A DNA stretch of 58,879 nt, filler included, from Sphacelaria rigidula (lineage: Eukaryota): the NCBI GenBank assembly GCA_964200075.2. It is 7 parts of 7 records of this genome, joined end to end, with 100 filler letters (N's around TTAATTAATTAA, not from the genome) between each part and the next. Parts side by side here need not be neighbours in the genome. Positions count along the whole stretch, not along the records: positions 1 to 8,326 come from CAXNAA020011512.1; positions 8,427 to 16,752 come from CAXNAA020011513.1; 5 more parts are not named here. One strand, given 5' to 3'. The notes under the pieces are model-generated. The model saw only the letters and a list, made by a program, of their open reading frames with translations. It did not search any database and had not been told where the DNA came from. A program made the translations under genes and the position numbers. This document shows positions 1 to 12,124 of the stretch, in pieces (the first letter of the stretch is position 1; every line of letters starts with the position of its first letter).

Positions 1-101
1 GCTAAGATTGCTCGGCCCGAAGCCTACTGATTATCTTGCATTTGGATGAATGCCTACAATGAGTTGATTTATTATCTGGTATCGCCACTTCCAGAGAGGA
101 C

Positions 102-212
102 GGGGGATGGGGCGGGAATTGTACTCATGATCTTGCATGCCATAGTCATAAGACCATTGACCTCGCATCCCCACAAAGCTGGGACGGAGCACGCCGGGTT
201 CTCGCCGGATCA
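102..212 (-). mobile_element. Poly(C)-tailed mini-element, subfamily A
   Basis: Same ~105-bp core at 8130-8248(-), 16853-16911(+), 42875-42980(+), 49989-50096(-), 50406-50454(+). Confidence 0.85.
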
Positions 213-1132
213 GGCTCGCACTCAATCACCAAGCGCGAAGCGCCGGGACGTCCTCGAAGAGTCGCATGAAGGATGAGCTGCATCCTGCTAGTTTTGTTCG
301 GTACGAAGCGTACTGATTTTCTTGCATTTGGATAACAGAGCCTCCAATGCTGCTTCATTTTCTTGTATCACCATTACCAGAGACAGCTACGGCGTACATA
401 CTGCATCATAGGTGCCTTACCATTCAAACACTACGTAGTATGATCACTCATTTTGCGCGGAGCTGAGGTTCTCCCACCCCCCACAAAATGATTTTACAAA
501 GTCATTGCCAACCGACTCAAACCCCGTAGGGGGGAAGGGGGGTGCGGGTGGGGTAACGCTTCAGATCAACACGTGTGTGCTTGCTGTTGCCAAAGCGAGG
601 GGTACTCCGAGACACAAAATCTCTGCACGACAAGCAGAGAAAACTTCAAGATGCGAAAAAGCACCCAAACAAAGTACAGGATTTGGAGCGCTTGCCCATA
701 CTGTGCTGCACGCAAATATTGAAGTTGGGGACTATTATGGGGAAGCGAGCGTGTTTCTGGTGGGGTTGCCCTCATAGTCCTTTGACCTTGCGACCCCCCT
801 CAGGATGCACGACGATGACTGCTGTTGTGGGGAGTTTGAAAATTTGGTTTAGAATCGTTCTCGATGATGGGGGGGAGGGGGGGTGAGTAGTGGTCGTTTT
901 TGTCTAATTTTTGCGCGTTCTCCATGCAGGTATTGTTTCCCATTTTACGTAGTTTGAAAGCGTGAACGGCTTTTACCCCAACTTGTTGTTCGTTTCCACT
1001 TACCAATTGGAAACGCGGATACCCCCCCACAGACTCAGTCGTAACCGCCGCTCGTTCCATTCCCATTGGGTTATGGACAGCGTTCAATACTGCAAAAACT
1101 GTGACTGCACTGCATGTAGATGATGATTCTGC

Positions 1133-1302
1133 CATACCCTGGACAATAGAATACACGGTCGAAAAACGCACTGCGTACAGTATGGAATCTATTGTCTATT
1201 GCCTGCGTACAGTATGGAATGTATTGTCTATTGCAATAGACAATAGATTCCATACTGTACGCAGTGCGTTTTTCGACCGTGTATTCTATTGTCCAGGGTA
1301 TG
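1133..1302. mobile_element. Foldback MITE, hAT-type
   Basis: Perfect ~70-bp inverted arms starting CATACCCTGGACAATA, perfect 8-bp TSD GATTCTGC (1125-1132 / 1303-1310), internal 32-bp tandem duplication. Confidence 0.92.
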
Positions 1303-3230
1303 GATTCTGCTAATCTTGGGGGTTATCATGATAGTTATCGAGATGCTTTTCCTGGTGGCATGGCACCGTGTGATGAGATTGTGGAATGTAGGGCGTGGAC
1401 CCAAGCACTGTGTATTGCAGCTTTCCCTTTGTACAAGTGGACAATGGGGGGGGGCAAAGTGGATTTAAAATTTAAAAAGCACCCCCATCGTTAGCAACGG
1501 CCATCTGCAATCCTCCAAATTTGGTCGCTGAGAGGAGGGTTGGGAAAAGCGAAAGGATTTGTATGACGTTCCTGTACACGGAGGACTAGCCGGGACTATT
1601 TCGCGGCCAAGCCGCATGCTACCATTTCGCAAGCGGCAACGAGTCTGCTTAAGCAAATAAAGGAAAGGATACACTGATGTGCCGGTCATTGCTACCCACC
1701 CCCCGATTGATTTCCGAGGGGATTGCACCGAATAAAACATGGGCTACAGGTCAACACCGTGCCCTCCCCTACTTCGACCGCAATAGGGTACGGCAGTGCT
1801 GTACTTGAGCGTGCAACATAACGCAACTGTCAGAGGAATTACAGTTCCGACACAAGGCCTTGTGCTTGGAGTGACATAATAACATCTTCCGGTAAAAGAC
1901 GCCGTACAAGATCACTGAAAGAAATGAGATGTTCAAACATACCTCCCAACAGCACGCCAGAAGCCATGAAATGTTCGAAAGCGTAAAAGCGTTGATCATA
2001 TGCCGTACATCCAAGCGCAACTACAAGAAGAAAAAACAAAACGGGTTGTGTACCCCTCGCCCCCCTTCTCTAGTCCTGATTATTATGTCGTTCATTTTCG
2101 GTGAAACGCCGAAAATTCTTTGCGGCTTCATTCTTCTCGTTCTCGTTGAAACTGCAACGAACCTGTACACTCCGTGCTACACCTTGACATGCAGCAAAAT
2201 ATATCCTTTAAAACTCTTGACGGTTTCGTCTTGCACTGTTTTCCTTACGCGGCGAGAATTGGAGCGGATTGATTATCAGTTACTGCCTAGTAGCTTCCCC
2301 TTTCCTGACTCTGCAAAGCCCCAATTCTCACCCATAGCACCTGAACGTGCGTGGTCGAGCGTTTTCATCGACACACGAGGCAGATAGGGTCACCCTTGGG
2401 GGCGTCGGGAATACAGAAACTTTAGGAACCGACAACGAACCCCAAACCATGCACACAACGCCGTGCAATCTACCTGCGTCCGCGAGTGCTGCTATTAATA
2501 ACCACAAGGACGTCTGGGCTCCCTATCGTGGTAGTGGTATAAAAGATATACTCGGGCACCTACGCGCGATATTATCAGAAAATGAGGGGAAAAAAAGAGA
2601 AACGGAAGCGTAATCGGAAATTTTTAATGTCAAGCTAAGACCATGAATAAATAAGGAGGAATAGTTCTGAAGTTTCTCGGAAGCTAGGGATATAGATCCA
2701 TACTTGTATTGAATCGCGTGGCTTCGAAACGTACTTCAGCGATCTGTCGCTCACGTCAGGCGACGCTGGTTTTGCACCAAATCTCGGCAAAATAGAACAA
2801 CCAAAAATGCGCAATTATAAATGGCAAGAGTAAAAAAAGTAAGAAGAGTAAAAACAAAGATCATCGAAATGTCGCTTTGGCTGTGCGCAGCAGCTCCGAT
2901 CCCTTGCATCCGCTGATGAACCAAAGTTCAAGGGTATCTGAAGGCATGCTCGCGCAAGGCGCTTGGATTTCATTCTAAGCAAAGCTACACAAGAAGAAAA
3001 AAAGGGCTCAGGGATTTGAAGCCGTGCTGACCTTTTTTGCTTTTTTTTTCGTCACACTTTCAACCCCGTCTGTTCCTCGCCTTTCGATTTCGTGCTGCGC
3101 GGTGGGTTGGACGGCGGCTGTGGAAGGCCGATAGTGGTCAGGTAGAGGTACGCTTCGGACAGAACATGAGACAATATGAGACATAATGAGGTACAAGGTA
3201 AACGTAGTAGTTTTTGGTGAGTACACTCAC

Positions 3231-3431
3231 GTCATTGTCCGACTGAGTAGGGTACTCTGCGAGGCCCTTGTTTCCCGTGGTGCCGTTCGGGCCTGAATCA
3301 TGCGCTCTTTTCGCGAAAATTGGTGGACATGATCTGCACGGACTGTGGACGCCGTGCCATTGGCGTCGGGGTTGATTTTTGAGTGGTTTGGGCCTAGTGC
3401 GGACAGCTCCAATTTGCGCGTTTACCTGTGC
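3231..3431 (-). CDS. Probable further exon of the RING-finger gene (AQVNAQIG...PTQSDND)
   Basis: acgcag| acceptor, strong |gtgagt donor, 201 bp open in phase 0-0; no recognisable domain. Confidence 0.45.
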
Positions 3432-3989
3432 CTGCGTTTGGGCTGAAAAGGTGGCGATGTATTCCCGTTTGTCTTTTGCCTTATTAATACTGTTTTTTCC
3501 GCACATTAGCCCCATCTGTCGAACCCACATGAACATAGACACAGGCTCGCCTTTCCAGTACCATCCCAGCCATTCCTTGCGTGAGATGGGGCGCTCATTG
3601 CTCCTTTTGAGACACCGAAAGCAAAGGGAAAAAAACACAAAATAACACACTATAAGAGAGAGAGACGTAAGGAAAGAGAAGGAGACAGAAGACCTCCCCC
3701 CTCTCCCTCGAAGTTGGTCGTTGTGTAGTAAAACGAACTAATCAAATCTGCCAATAAATATATAAAAGGATGATAGAATAAAACGAGAGTGAAAAAATAT
3801 CGTTAAGGAGCTAAAATTGACACCAAGCAACAAATAAAACCCTCACTATTCCGTCCTCTCTGGTTTCAGATGTATATGATTTTTATTCAGACCATCGGGA
3901 GCGCAGAATAATCATCCAGGAGTCAAGCACAACCACTGACTGGTTCTACAGTTTTTTTATTCGTTATTGTTTATTTATTTTTGTCGCAC

Positions 3990-4140
3990 TTTGAATCCCT
4001 CCCCTTCCTTGGAATGAGTCCATGGTCTCAAGGGATCAACCTATCTCTCCCTCCGGCACACGCCTTGCATTTTGGTCACGCGGATTGGATCATGACTATC
4101 AGCACTCTCGCACCGCGTCAACTCACGTCGAACAAACGCA
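3990..4140. repeat. Unclassified dispersed repeat; copies at ~6705-6765, 19542-19669, 45385-45530
   Basis: Shared GTGGT.TCAAGGGAT.AACC.ATCTCTC...ACGCCTTGCATTTT.GTC.CGCGGATTGGAT. Confidence 0.75.
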
Positions 4141-4393
4141 GTCGCAGTCGACTACTTCAGGGTTACGCAATCCGTTTTTGAGGCTCTCCACTATAGGAGC
4201 CTGTCCAAAACTCTGGGCCTTGATGTGCACCCTAAGAAACCGTTTGGAAAAAAAAGTGCACCCCTACCGTAGAAGCGCTCCACTGCACTTTTTTACAAAG
4301 CGCTAACGGTTCTAAAACCACCTCCACGCACCTCACTCTTTCACGTATTGAAGCACACAGCTAACAACGAGCGACAAGCACTGGCCGACTCAC

Positions 4394-4546
4394 CTCCGCT
4401 AGTTTCTTCCTTTCATTCCTTTCGTGTGCCGCGAGTTCCTCCCCGCTGAGGGTCTTGATGATGGTGGAGAAGGGTTTCCTGCACTGTGGGCATGAATTCT
4501 CCATCTTACTCCATCGGTGCAAGCAGTTGAAACAAAACACGTGTCC
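4394..4546 (-). CDS. RING-finger (C3HC4) protein, exon with second half of RING (GHVFCFNCLHRWSKMENSCPQCRKPF...KKLAE)
   Basis: ccttag| acceptor, |gtgagt donor, 153 bp; joined exons give C-x2-C...C-x-H-x2-C-x2-C...W...C-x2-C. Confidence 0.9.
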
Positions 4547-5817
4547 CTAAGGAACGGTAACGATACACGCAGTATACAGCAACAACAGCATTAAAAAAAA
4601 ACGAAAAAAGGATGACACAGGAAGCAGAGCGGAAAAAGCACGTAGAGAAGAGGGCACGACCAAGAGCGGAATCAAACGTACATCAAAGGAAAACCAAACA
4701 AAACGAAAAATAGGCATGTAGAAGGAGAACATCCGAGCAGTACATACATGGATACGAGGCGAACAGAATAAATCGTGGACCGACGAAGTGTGAGGACAAA
4801 ACAAGGAGAACTACTACGAGTAAACGAACCAGAATAAATCGTGGACTGTAGCAGGAAAAAAAAAAACACACACACACACACAGTCGGCCCTGAAACGGCA
4901 CAGAGGCAACAGCGGAGAACGATGACGTTTATTGTGTCAATTTGTTTCAGGCGAAGGCAACAAAATACCAAAAACGACGGCATAAGAAAAAGGAACACAT
5001 CAAGAACGTGAGTGGGAGCGTCGCTGTGTCGCACCAGTGCTGTGCTAGGCCTTGCTCCATCGTCGTGGTTTTGCAGTCAATCGAAGACGTCCAACACGTT
5101 GTCTCGGGACGGTCGTTTTTTCGTGTCACGATTAAGTACGTCATGGTTCGATAGTAAAGCAAACAAAACAAAAAAAGCGAACGAAGAGAGAAATGTGTGC
5201 ATCACAACATCTATTTATTCCGGAAATCCATTTTGAATATTTCGTCAATATTTATTCCATGTTTAGCTGTTGGTTGGTTTGCTAGTCGGTCGTTTTGATT
5301 CCATATGGTCTCGAGGGAAGTAAATATTTAATTCACGTCAACTATTTGTTTGAAAGAAGAGGAGGGGAGAAAAAGAAAAAGAAAAAAAAGTGCAACCGAC
5401 TGATGAATGAAAACTAGCACCAAAAAAGGAGGGGGAAGGAAAGAAGGAGACAACAACAAAAAACACACAAAAAAGTACCACGCGACCACAAACAAGAGCC
5501 TTTGTTTCAAACAAATGTTTTCAAGATAGCCCAAATAGATACAAAAGTACAAACAAAACGAAAAAAAAAGACAACAAAATACCCCCGACATACCGGGACA
5601 AACTCAAACGTACGTGTACGCGGCAAGTACAAGCTTTCCTACATTATGACATCATCGTGTGAACCCACTACGTGACGGTGCTCGCCGGTTGTACGTTATA
5701 TTTGTCGTTTTGGATTTTTTCTCATGTCTCACGATTATGTCATCGTGCCTGTTTTGTTTTTTCCGTGCACTCGATCACTTAATCATACGAAAGTCACGCG
5801 TCCCTGATGCAACTTAC

Positions 5818-5949
5818 ACATTTGATAATCCCACGGCCTTCATCAGGCAGAGGGTTTTGGCACACGGGGCAAGGCTCGTCCTCCTCCTCCTCCTGCTCTT
5901 CCTCTTTCTGGCATTTTTCTCGCTTTCTCGCGACGTAGTCCTTAGTCTC
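5818..5949 (-). CDS. RING-finger (C3HC4) E3 ligase-like protein, exon with first half of RING (ETKDYVARK...EPCPVCQNPLPDEGRGIIKC)
   Basis: aacag| acceptor, |gtaagt donor, 132 bp phase 0-0; splices in frame to the exon completing the RING. Confidence 0.88.
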
Positions 5950-5973
5950 CTGTTTTTTTGCCGGCGGACATTA

Positions 5974-6322
5974 GGGTGGTGCTGAGACAGCCCCCCCCCC
6001 GCGTAGAAAAATGCTCCGTCTCGAAAGGGATGCGTAGTCAATGATCAACCGACTAAGGCAAGCGACAAGAGAGTACGCCCCTCCACCCCCAGAAACGTTG
6101 CTGGTTGGAGGAAGCAAAATCTACATTTGAACGAAAATGACACAGGTTGAGCACACCAAGGAAGCTGGGAACTCCAGTGCTTGGGATCGTTTTCGCCGAT
6201 GTCGCTCACATGAAGGACTTCATGAAGTCTGAAACCAGCTACTGTACCATACAGTACATGGGCATTTTGTTCGTGACAAGGTCTGGGGCTGGTTTTGGAG
6301 GGGAGAAATCGCGGTTTCACTC
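5974..6322. mobile_element. Sola-like MITE family 2, degenerate, in RING gene intron
   Basis: Interior matches 15010-15140; right TIR ...AATCGCGGTTTCACTC; flanks ATTA / GTTA. Confidence 0.6.
6012..6090 (+). mobile_element. Poly(C)-tailed mini-element, subfamily B, nested in the C run of a MITE
   Basis: TGCTCCGTCTCGAAAGGGATGCG...GACTAAGGCAAGC...GAGTACGCCCC; other copies 18711-18765(+), 25077-25178(-), 31702-31772(-), 55014-55050(+). Confidence 0.8.
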
Positions 6323-7871
6323 GTTAGCAGCACATAGAGGGGCACACATGCGGCCATGCAGTCGTGGGGTTAGATGGGACAGAAGGTTCGTGAAATGGAG
6401 GATACGTTTCTAGGGGAGGATCAGAGCTTTTTCGCGCAATTGTTTCAGAGGCAATGACTCCTGGTTGAGGTTTTTTACAACGGAACCTTCGTGCGTGGTC
6501 AAGAAGAAAAGACATTGGACAGACATCGGGTACTGTAAGCTATTACCGAGGCGTGAGGCGAGCGGCATAAAAAAAATAAAGGTAGCGTAAGATGCAAGAG
6601 CTTTGCCTTATGAACCATGGCGACATAAACAATGACCTGATACCAAAGCACATTTTTTACTTTATTCTTCATTTTTATTTGTTTTTTACTTGTCCGACCT
6701 TGAAGCCCTTCCCTTCCTCGGGACGAGCCCGTGGTTCGAAGGGATCAACCCATCTCTCACCGATCCATGTTGTCAACCTGATCGCACTCTACAGGCGGCC
6801 ATTCAACTTCCGCTGTGAAAGCCCTCAATCGGTCGCTATTTACTCTAAAATTGAGGGAAATCTCTGATCCTCCATTTTTAAAACATGTCCTTCAACTCAC
6901 GATCATGCTATTTGGGGTGGTCGCGTGCAAAAGGGTACACACGCAAGGATAAACACGCTTGTGCACCGCATGTGTACTATACTCCGGTATGGCGTGTAAT
7001 ACTATACTCCACGGGGTGTGTGTGTGTCCTACTCCAGTGAGTAAGCATCATATCCCAGAATGTACGTGTGTGTCATACTCCAGCGTGTATGTGTTATTCT
7101 CCAGCGTGTTTGTATCTCTGTCTTCGTAAGTGTGTGTGTGAATACATACTTCCAATTTTATTTTATTTTTTCCTGCTGTCTTCTTTTTCCTTTCTCCTCT
7201 TCCTAGTCTACTTACTTACTCTGTTGCTCTGTGCCATTTCCTCTCTGTTTTTCTTGTTTTTTCTTCAGCTAGCGAATTTTTCAGTCTTGTTTCGTCTCGG
7301 GTACGTGTATCATGTGGCCACAGCTGAATCCCTGGGGGGTCAGTTAGACTACGACAATCAATCAATCGACCGATCGATCAATCGACCGATCAATGTTATT
7401 GTGGTGAATGAATGTATCGGAGCGCACGTGGGGACAGAGAGGTCTACATGTATCCGACAAAACACGACGAAGCACGCGCGGGCGTGGGTGTTTGTGTGTG
7501 TATTGCCGGGTGCGGTGGCACCCAAAACAACTATCAATACAGAGAGTGGCCGGGGAATGGGGATGGGGGATAGGTGTGCTTTCCAGTCACAATTTAGGAT
7601 CCCAACGATACGCATACATGTATCTTGCTCTTTCATTGTTTCTTCTTGCTTCTACGCGGGCTTTGCTTGAGCGAGTGTCTACGTGCCTTAACCTCCGGGA
7701 TGGGGTGTGCCTAGCTTGCGACCGCGGCTGGATTCGTATACTACAATACAATATATCGGACAATCAATCAATCAATCAAAGAAGCAACCGATCAACCATT
7801 GATTCAACGATAAACTGTTTGTTCTCCACTCTACCCTACTTTCACTGCTGCATTGCACAAACGCGCAGTAC

Positions 7872-8041
7872 CTGTCCATCTTCCCCACTAGGCTCGCCAG
7901 CACCCTCGGCTTCCTCCACACCGCCAACGTCGCCCTCTATTTCCACGTCGGTATCACTGTCATTGCGTTTAGGCTCTTCCACCGCGTCGTTGTCTCCTAA
8001 ACCATCGCCCTCGGTGTCCTCCTCTCGACCGGCAACACCAT
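7872..8041 (-). CDS. RING-finger (C3HC4) protein, upstream acidic exon (DGVAGREEDTEGDG...EPSGEDGQ)
   Basis: cag| acceptor and |gtactg donor, open frame, ends in phase 0 compatible with exon 5949-5818. Confidence 0.7.
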
Positions 8042-8129
8042 CTGCTCCGTATTTTCGGGGCGGTAATCATTTTTCCGCACGTATACGTTGAATGGCGAAC
8101 GCACCCATGCAGATAGACAACAGGGAACG

Positions 8130-8275
8130 AGGGGGAGGGGGGGGGGGGGAAGGGGGGTACTCATGTTCTTGCATGCCACAGTCATGTGACCATTGGCCTC
8201 TCATCCCTACAAAGCTGGGACGGCGCACGCCGGGTGTTCGCCGGACCAGGGTCGGGGGGGGGGGGGGGGGGGGGA
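8130..8275 (-). mobile_element. Poly(C)-tailed mini-element, subfamily A, with G runs on both sides
   Basis: GTACTCATG..CTTGCATGCCA..GTCAT..GACCATTG.CCTC.CATCCCTACAAAGC.GGGACGG.GCACGCCGGG..TTCGCCGGACCA core. Confidence 0.85.
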
Positions 8276-8326
8276 CTCTTTTTTTTTTTGCCTTGGGTGG
8301 GGGGCCCTTTGACCTTGCCTCCCTTT

Positions 8327-8426
8327 NNNNNNNNNNNNNNNNNNNNNNNNNNNNNNNNNNNNNNNNNNNNTTAATTAATTAANNNNNNNNNNNNNNNNNN
8401 NNNNNNNNNNNNNNNNNNNNNNNNNN
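8327..8426. other. Artificial contig linker (N44-TTAATTAATTAA-N44); same linker at 16753-16852, 25179-25278, 33605-33704, 42030-42129, 50455-50554
   Basis: Identical 100-bp spacer with six-frame stop core repeated six times; intervening segments are 8326 or 8325 bp in descending order. Confidence 0.98.
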
Positions 8427-8559
8427 CTCCGGGTTCTCATCCTCAATCAAAAGCACCATCCTCAACATAGATGATTGGCTGTTTTCAAGTGAAAAAAAGT
8501 ATGCATAATACAGAGAGACTGAATCTCGCGGTCTAAGGGTTATCGCAAGAAAGGGGGCT

Positions 8560-8860
8560 AGGCAGATGTTGACGCCTTGGAATGGCTCGCTCTACTCGTT
8601 CAAACGTTGCGGCCGTTCCCGGGCAACTTTCCGTTTCCCGCCACCCGCACCTTTGTTTTTGGCCAAACCAGGTCAAATACGGACTTTCAGTATAAAACGG
8701 TCAGGTGATCGAAATAACCCCCTGTTTTTTTATCGCTTGCCCGCTTTTAATTGGAAATCTGTGTTTGACCAAGATTGAAAGTGCAGCCGGCGGGAAATAC
8801 AAAGTTACCCTGGAACGGGTAGAGTTAGTCATTCCCAGGCCTTAATATTGCCCAGTCCAC
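8560..8860. repeat. Degenerate foldback; arm-related sequence again at 16510-16640
   Basis: CCGTTCC(C/A)GGG(C/T)AACTTT..TTTCCCGCC at 8613 inverted to end at 8818, with outer arms also complementary. Confidence 0.65.
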
Positions 8861-10516
8861 TTCTAAGAAGACGGAGAAGGGCCAAAAACGCAGTTTTAAA
8901 ACAGGAATTATGAACGCCCCGCCCCCCCCCCTTACAGTAGGTCACAGTCGGTACTATTTCGTAACTTTTCGCTTGGTTTCGAGTGAAACAAAAACGCAGT
9001 GGACCTACAGGCTCGGGCGTGTATTCATGATTGACAACATGACTACTTGATTTTAGAATTGAGTAAGTTCCAAGAAAATCCATGGTTTGGGGCAGGTGAG
9101 CAGGGGACCCAGCTCGTCCAGAAAGTGTTTTTGTCGAAATCATGTTTCCTTGTCCGGGGGTCTCGTACGTCTTGGCTCGGGGTTAGCGTTAGGATTGTTA
9201 CTTCGAAAAAAAACCTCAGGTCGCCTCCAGAAACGACTTGATCCACATTTCGAAGTGTAGCGTAGATCCACTCGTCCTTCATTCGTATTCGAGCCCGAAC
9301 TCCTTGGATTCTTTGTGGTCGAAAAGATATGTCGAAACTCGAGGGGTTCCAGATGTATTCGTCCGTAAAACTGCTGTGAAATATGAAATATACCGGAAAT
9401 AAGATTTAGAGATACCCCTTCACAGACAGTGACCAACGTGTTTTTACCTTTTTTTGTACCATAGTATCGACAAATGAGCGTGCATCGCCTCTTTTCGTCC
9501 AAATGATCGAAACCATCTGCCTCTGTTTTGAGGTACATGTGCCCTACCCTTTGATTGACTTCAAGCACAACTTTCGGGCCAAAAGGGGTCGGGAGCGGGG
9601 GGCCGGGGGGTGTCTAGCCTGCGCTCAGTAGGGCTGCTAGGGGGTGCTGACCGTTCTATGCTGAGGAGAGTATTCATCTCATTAATCCGCAGCGAACGGA
9701 AAAGGAGGTTGGCCTCCGATTGTGAAAAGACGAAGACATCGAGCTTTACCCTGCACCATAGAAGTTGCCCATATGCAAAATAGTGAGAAATATGGGCACT
9801 CGATACCGCCCCACATTTCATCGTTAGTGCACCCATTTTAGCTGGCCTCCGATCAATCATATTAGGACACCTCATCCCTCAACAAGTTACTCTTCATGCA
9901 AAGAAAAAACGTAATTTCGAACAAGAAAGATGAATGAAACAAAATCGTGGTCGCTATCATGAGACCAAATATGCCGAGCCTTCTCGTAGTTACCGCGTCC
10001 TTCCGTGGGTTCCTCCTCAACACAAAATTTCGCTTTTCGGGCCGTTCGCGGCAGACACCGAGGGCGGGTGCTGCCGCAAGGTGCCCGGTCCGCGTTCGCT
10101 GGCGGGACCAAGGGTAAAAATGAAGCGTGTTTCTTGTACACGGCGAGACTTTCCAGGTTCCGGGTGTCGTGGGCAGGGATATGAAGGATGATTACAAACC
10201 TCCACGAGTATTCGAGGAAGCACCAAATTTTGCATCATCAACCACAAGTCATCAAATCTTTGTCCACGAACGCTCGTAGGGTCATGGACGAGAAGACTAA
10301 ATAACTCATCGTGGAGGACGACAAAAATCCGGATAATCGAGCGGGTGCGGGCGAAGAAGGCAGCTGTCGGTTGTTGAAGAGGTTTATGAGTAGACGGAAG
10401 TCTTCGATATCCAATCAAAGTTCAACAAACCAGCTCGTACAGCATAAAACACCCATGCAGACCTCGTAAACAAGAAGGTGCTGTGTTGATTGTGCGTTCC
10501 TTCTTCTTTCACGTAC

Positions 10517-10663
10517 CTTCCCGCCCGGTCCCGGCTTGTGAGCGCCAGGCTTGTGTTGCTTCTTCTCCTCTTCTTTCTTTTTCTTTTTCTTCTCCTCGTC
10601 GTCCGAGTCACCGCCGAAATGCATGCCGAGGAATCTGCTCTTGTCCTTGGTGTCCTCATCTTT
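10517..10663 (-). CDS. Exon of a small hydrophilic, dehydrin/LEA-like protein (KDEDTKDKSRFLGMHFGGDSDDEEKKKKKKEEEKKQHKPGAHKPGPGGK)
   Basis: tttccag| acceptor, aag|gtacgt donor, 147 bp phase 0-0, highly charged open frame; functional label is inference. Confidence 0.7.
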
Positions 10664-10954
10664 CTGGAAATAAATGAAAGTGGTGCGAGTGTGGCACGTT
10701 TGTGGGCGGTGGGGGTCAGAAGCTACCAGGGTGCTCGTGACCTATTTTGACCAAAGTACAACACGGAACAGCAGGATAGTCGTTGCCCGCATTGTCAAAG
10801 CTACGCGGTGGTACGCTTTCACCTCGCCCTCCTCCCTCGACGAAAACACGAACCAGCATTTTGTGCCCGCAGAATTATATCCGTTGCATGTGCATGCCAT
10901 GATGCATCAATCGTGAACAGTTACTACGGAACACGGTATTTTTCGGCAGAGCAC

Positions 10955-11140
10955 AGTGCGGACATTAAAAGGCAGCACTGCAGCTGGCAGCATAGTACAG
11001 AGAGTTATAGGCAGCGCTACAGCACACCTTTGTACGGACAGTTATAGGCAGCGCTACAGCGCATTTCGGACAGTTATTGGCTGCGGTAGGCGTCTTGGAA
11101 GCTGGATTGCATAACACGGACAATTATTGACGGCGCTGGG
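10955..11140. repeat. Minisatellite (ACAGTTATAGGCAGCGCTACAGC)
   Basis: Four to five degenerate units. Confidence 0.65.
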
Positions 11141-12106
11141 CGCTCGGAGGCGGGATTCGCGTTGGCCGATTCCCTCCCATTTTGATTCAATCAAAACCTA
11201 CCGCATATCTGCGGTAGACCAACGACACGAGCGGACAAATGCACGCCAGTACGTCTCAGGCATTGAACAACACCAGGACCGAGGCTCACCGAGAATAAAA
11301 ATGTAGGCAGCCTTCGGAAGCACGTGCAAGTACTAGGCTGTCTTACGCGCATTCAGCTGTACGCTGTTCCTACAGTTTGGTTGGGTTGCAGAGCGGACAC
11401 TTCGCAGAAAATAGAGCCGGTAGTACGCACAGAAAGTGAACATGTAAGCGGAGCAAATGCTGCAAGAATGATTTCCTCGATCGAGAGATTCGACCCGGAT
11501 GGCCATGATCACTGGAGTGAACATGCCACACATGGGTGCAAGACAGCACCAAAAAAGTACAGCAAGCCATCTACTGCATTCCGACATGTTGCTTCTTCAA
11601 GCAGCTTCGAGCCCCACGGAAATCGATGAGAGCCGAGCCTGCGGCAGCGGATCTGTAACAACAGGATTACTCGCACTGTTGCACGGACAGTAGTACAGCG
11701 CTCACACACAGTTAATACTGTACAACAACCATGCTATGTAGCGTTGAGCCAGACGTCAGACAAGATCTTTACTCATTGTAGCGACACACATCTTGTGAGC
11801 CGGACTGCACATCGCACTACGAAGGACGCAGCATCTTGAGAACACCTGCTTGACTCACCGAAGTAAGCAGTCAGCAATGCAGTATATAGATGTCGCACAG
11901 AGGTCCACACGCTCAGCGACAACATTACAGGATTCCCACATGCAAACCATATGCACGACCCGCCAAGCAACAACAGACACCCTGTGGACGGAGGGATCGA
12001 CTCTGCTGGAACAACGTACGGATGAACGACCAAATGCGCACGGACACATCCATGATGCCAACCTGAACCTTCTCTACCTACTGCTTCAGCTGTCACAATA
12101 GCTTAC

Positions 12107-12124
12107 CTGTCCTGGTCCAGGCAT
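12107..12124 (-). CDS. Putative first coding mini-exon (MPGPGQ) of a small Lys/Glu-rich protein
   Basis: gccATG CCT GGA CCA GGA CAG|gtaagc; phase 0 matches exon 10663-10517, which also contains PGPG. Confidence 0.5.

Noticed and set aside
7068-8091. Long plus-strand ORFs (200 and 227 aa)
   Set aside because: Low-complexity LINE 3'UTR and the antisense of a RING gene exon.
8371-8382. TTAATTAATTAA recurring at a regular ~8.4-kb period
   Set aside because: Artificial linker embedded in Ns; the period reflects length-sorted contigs.
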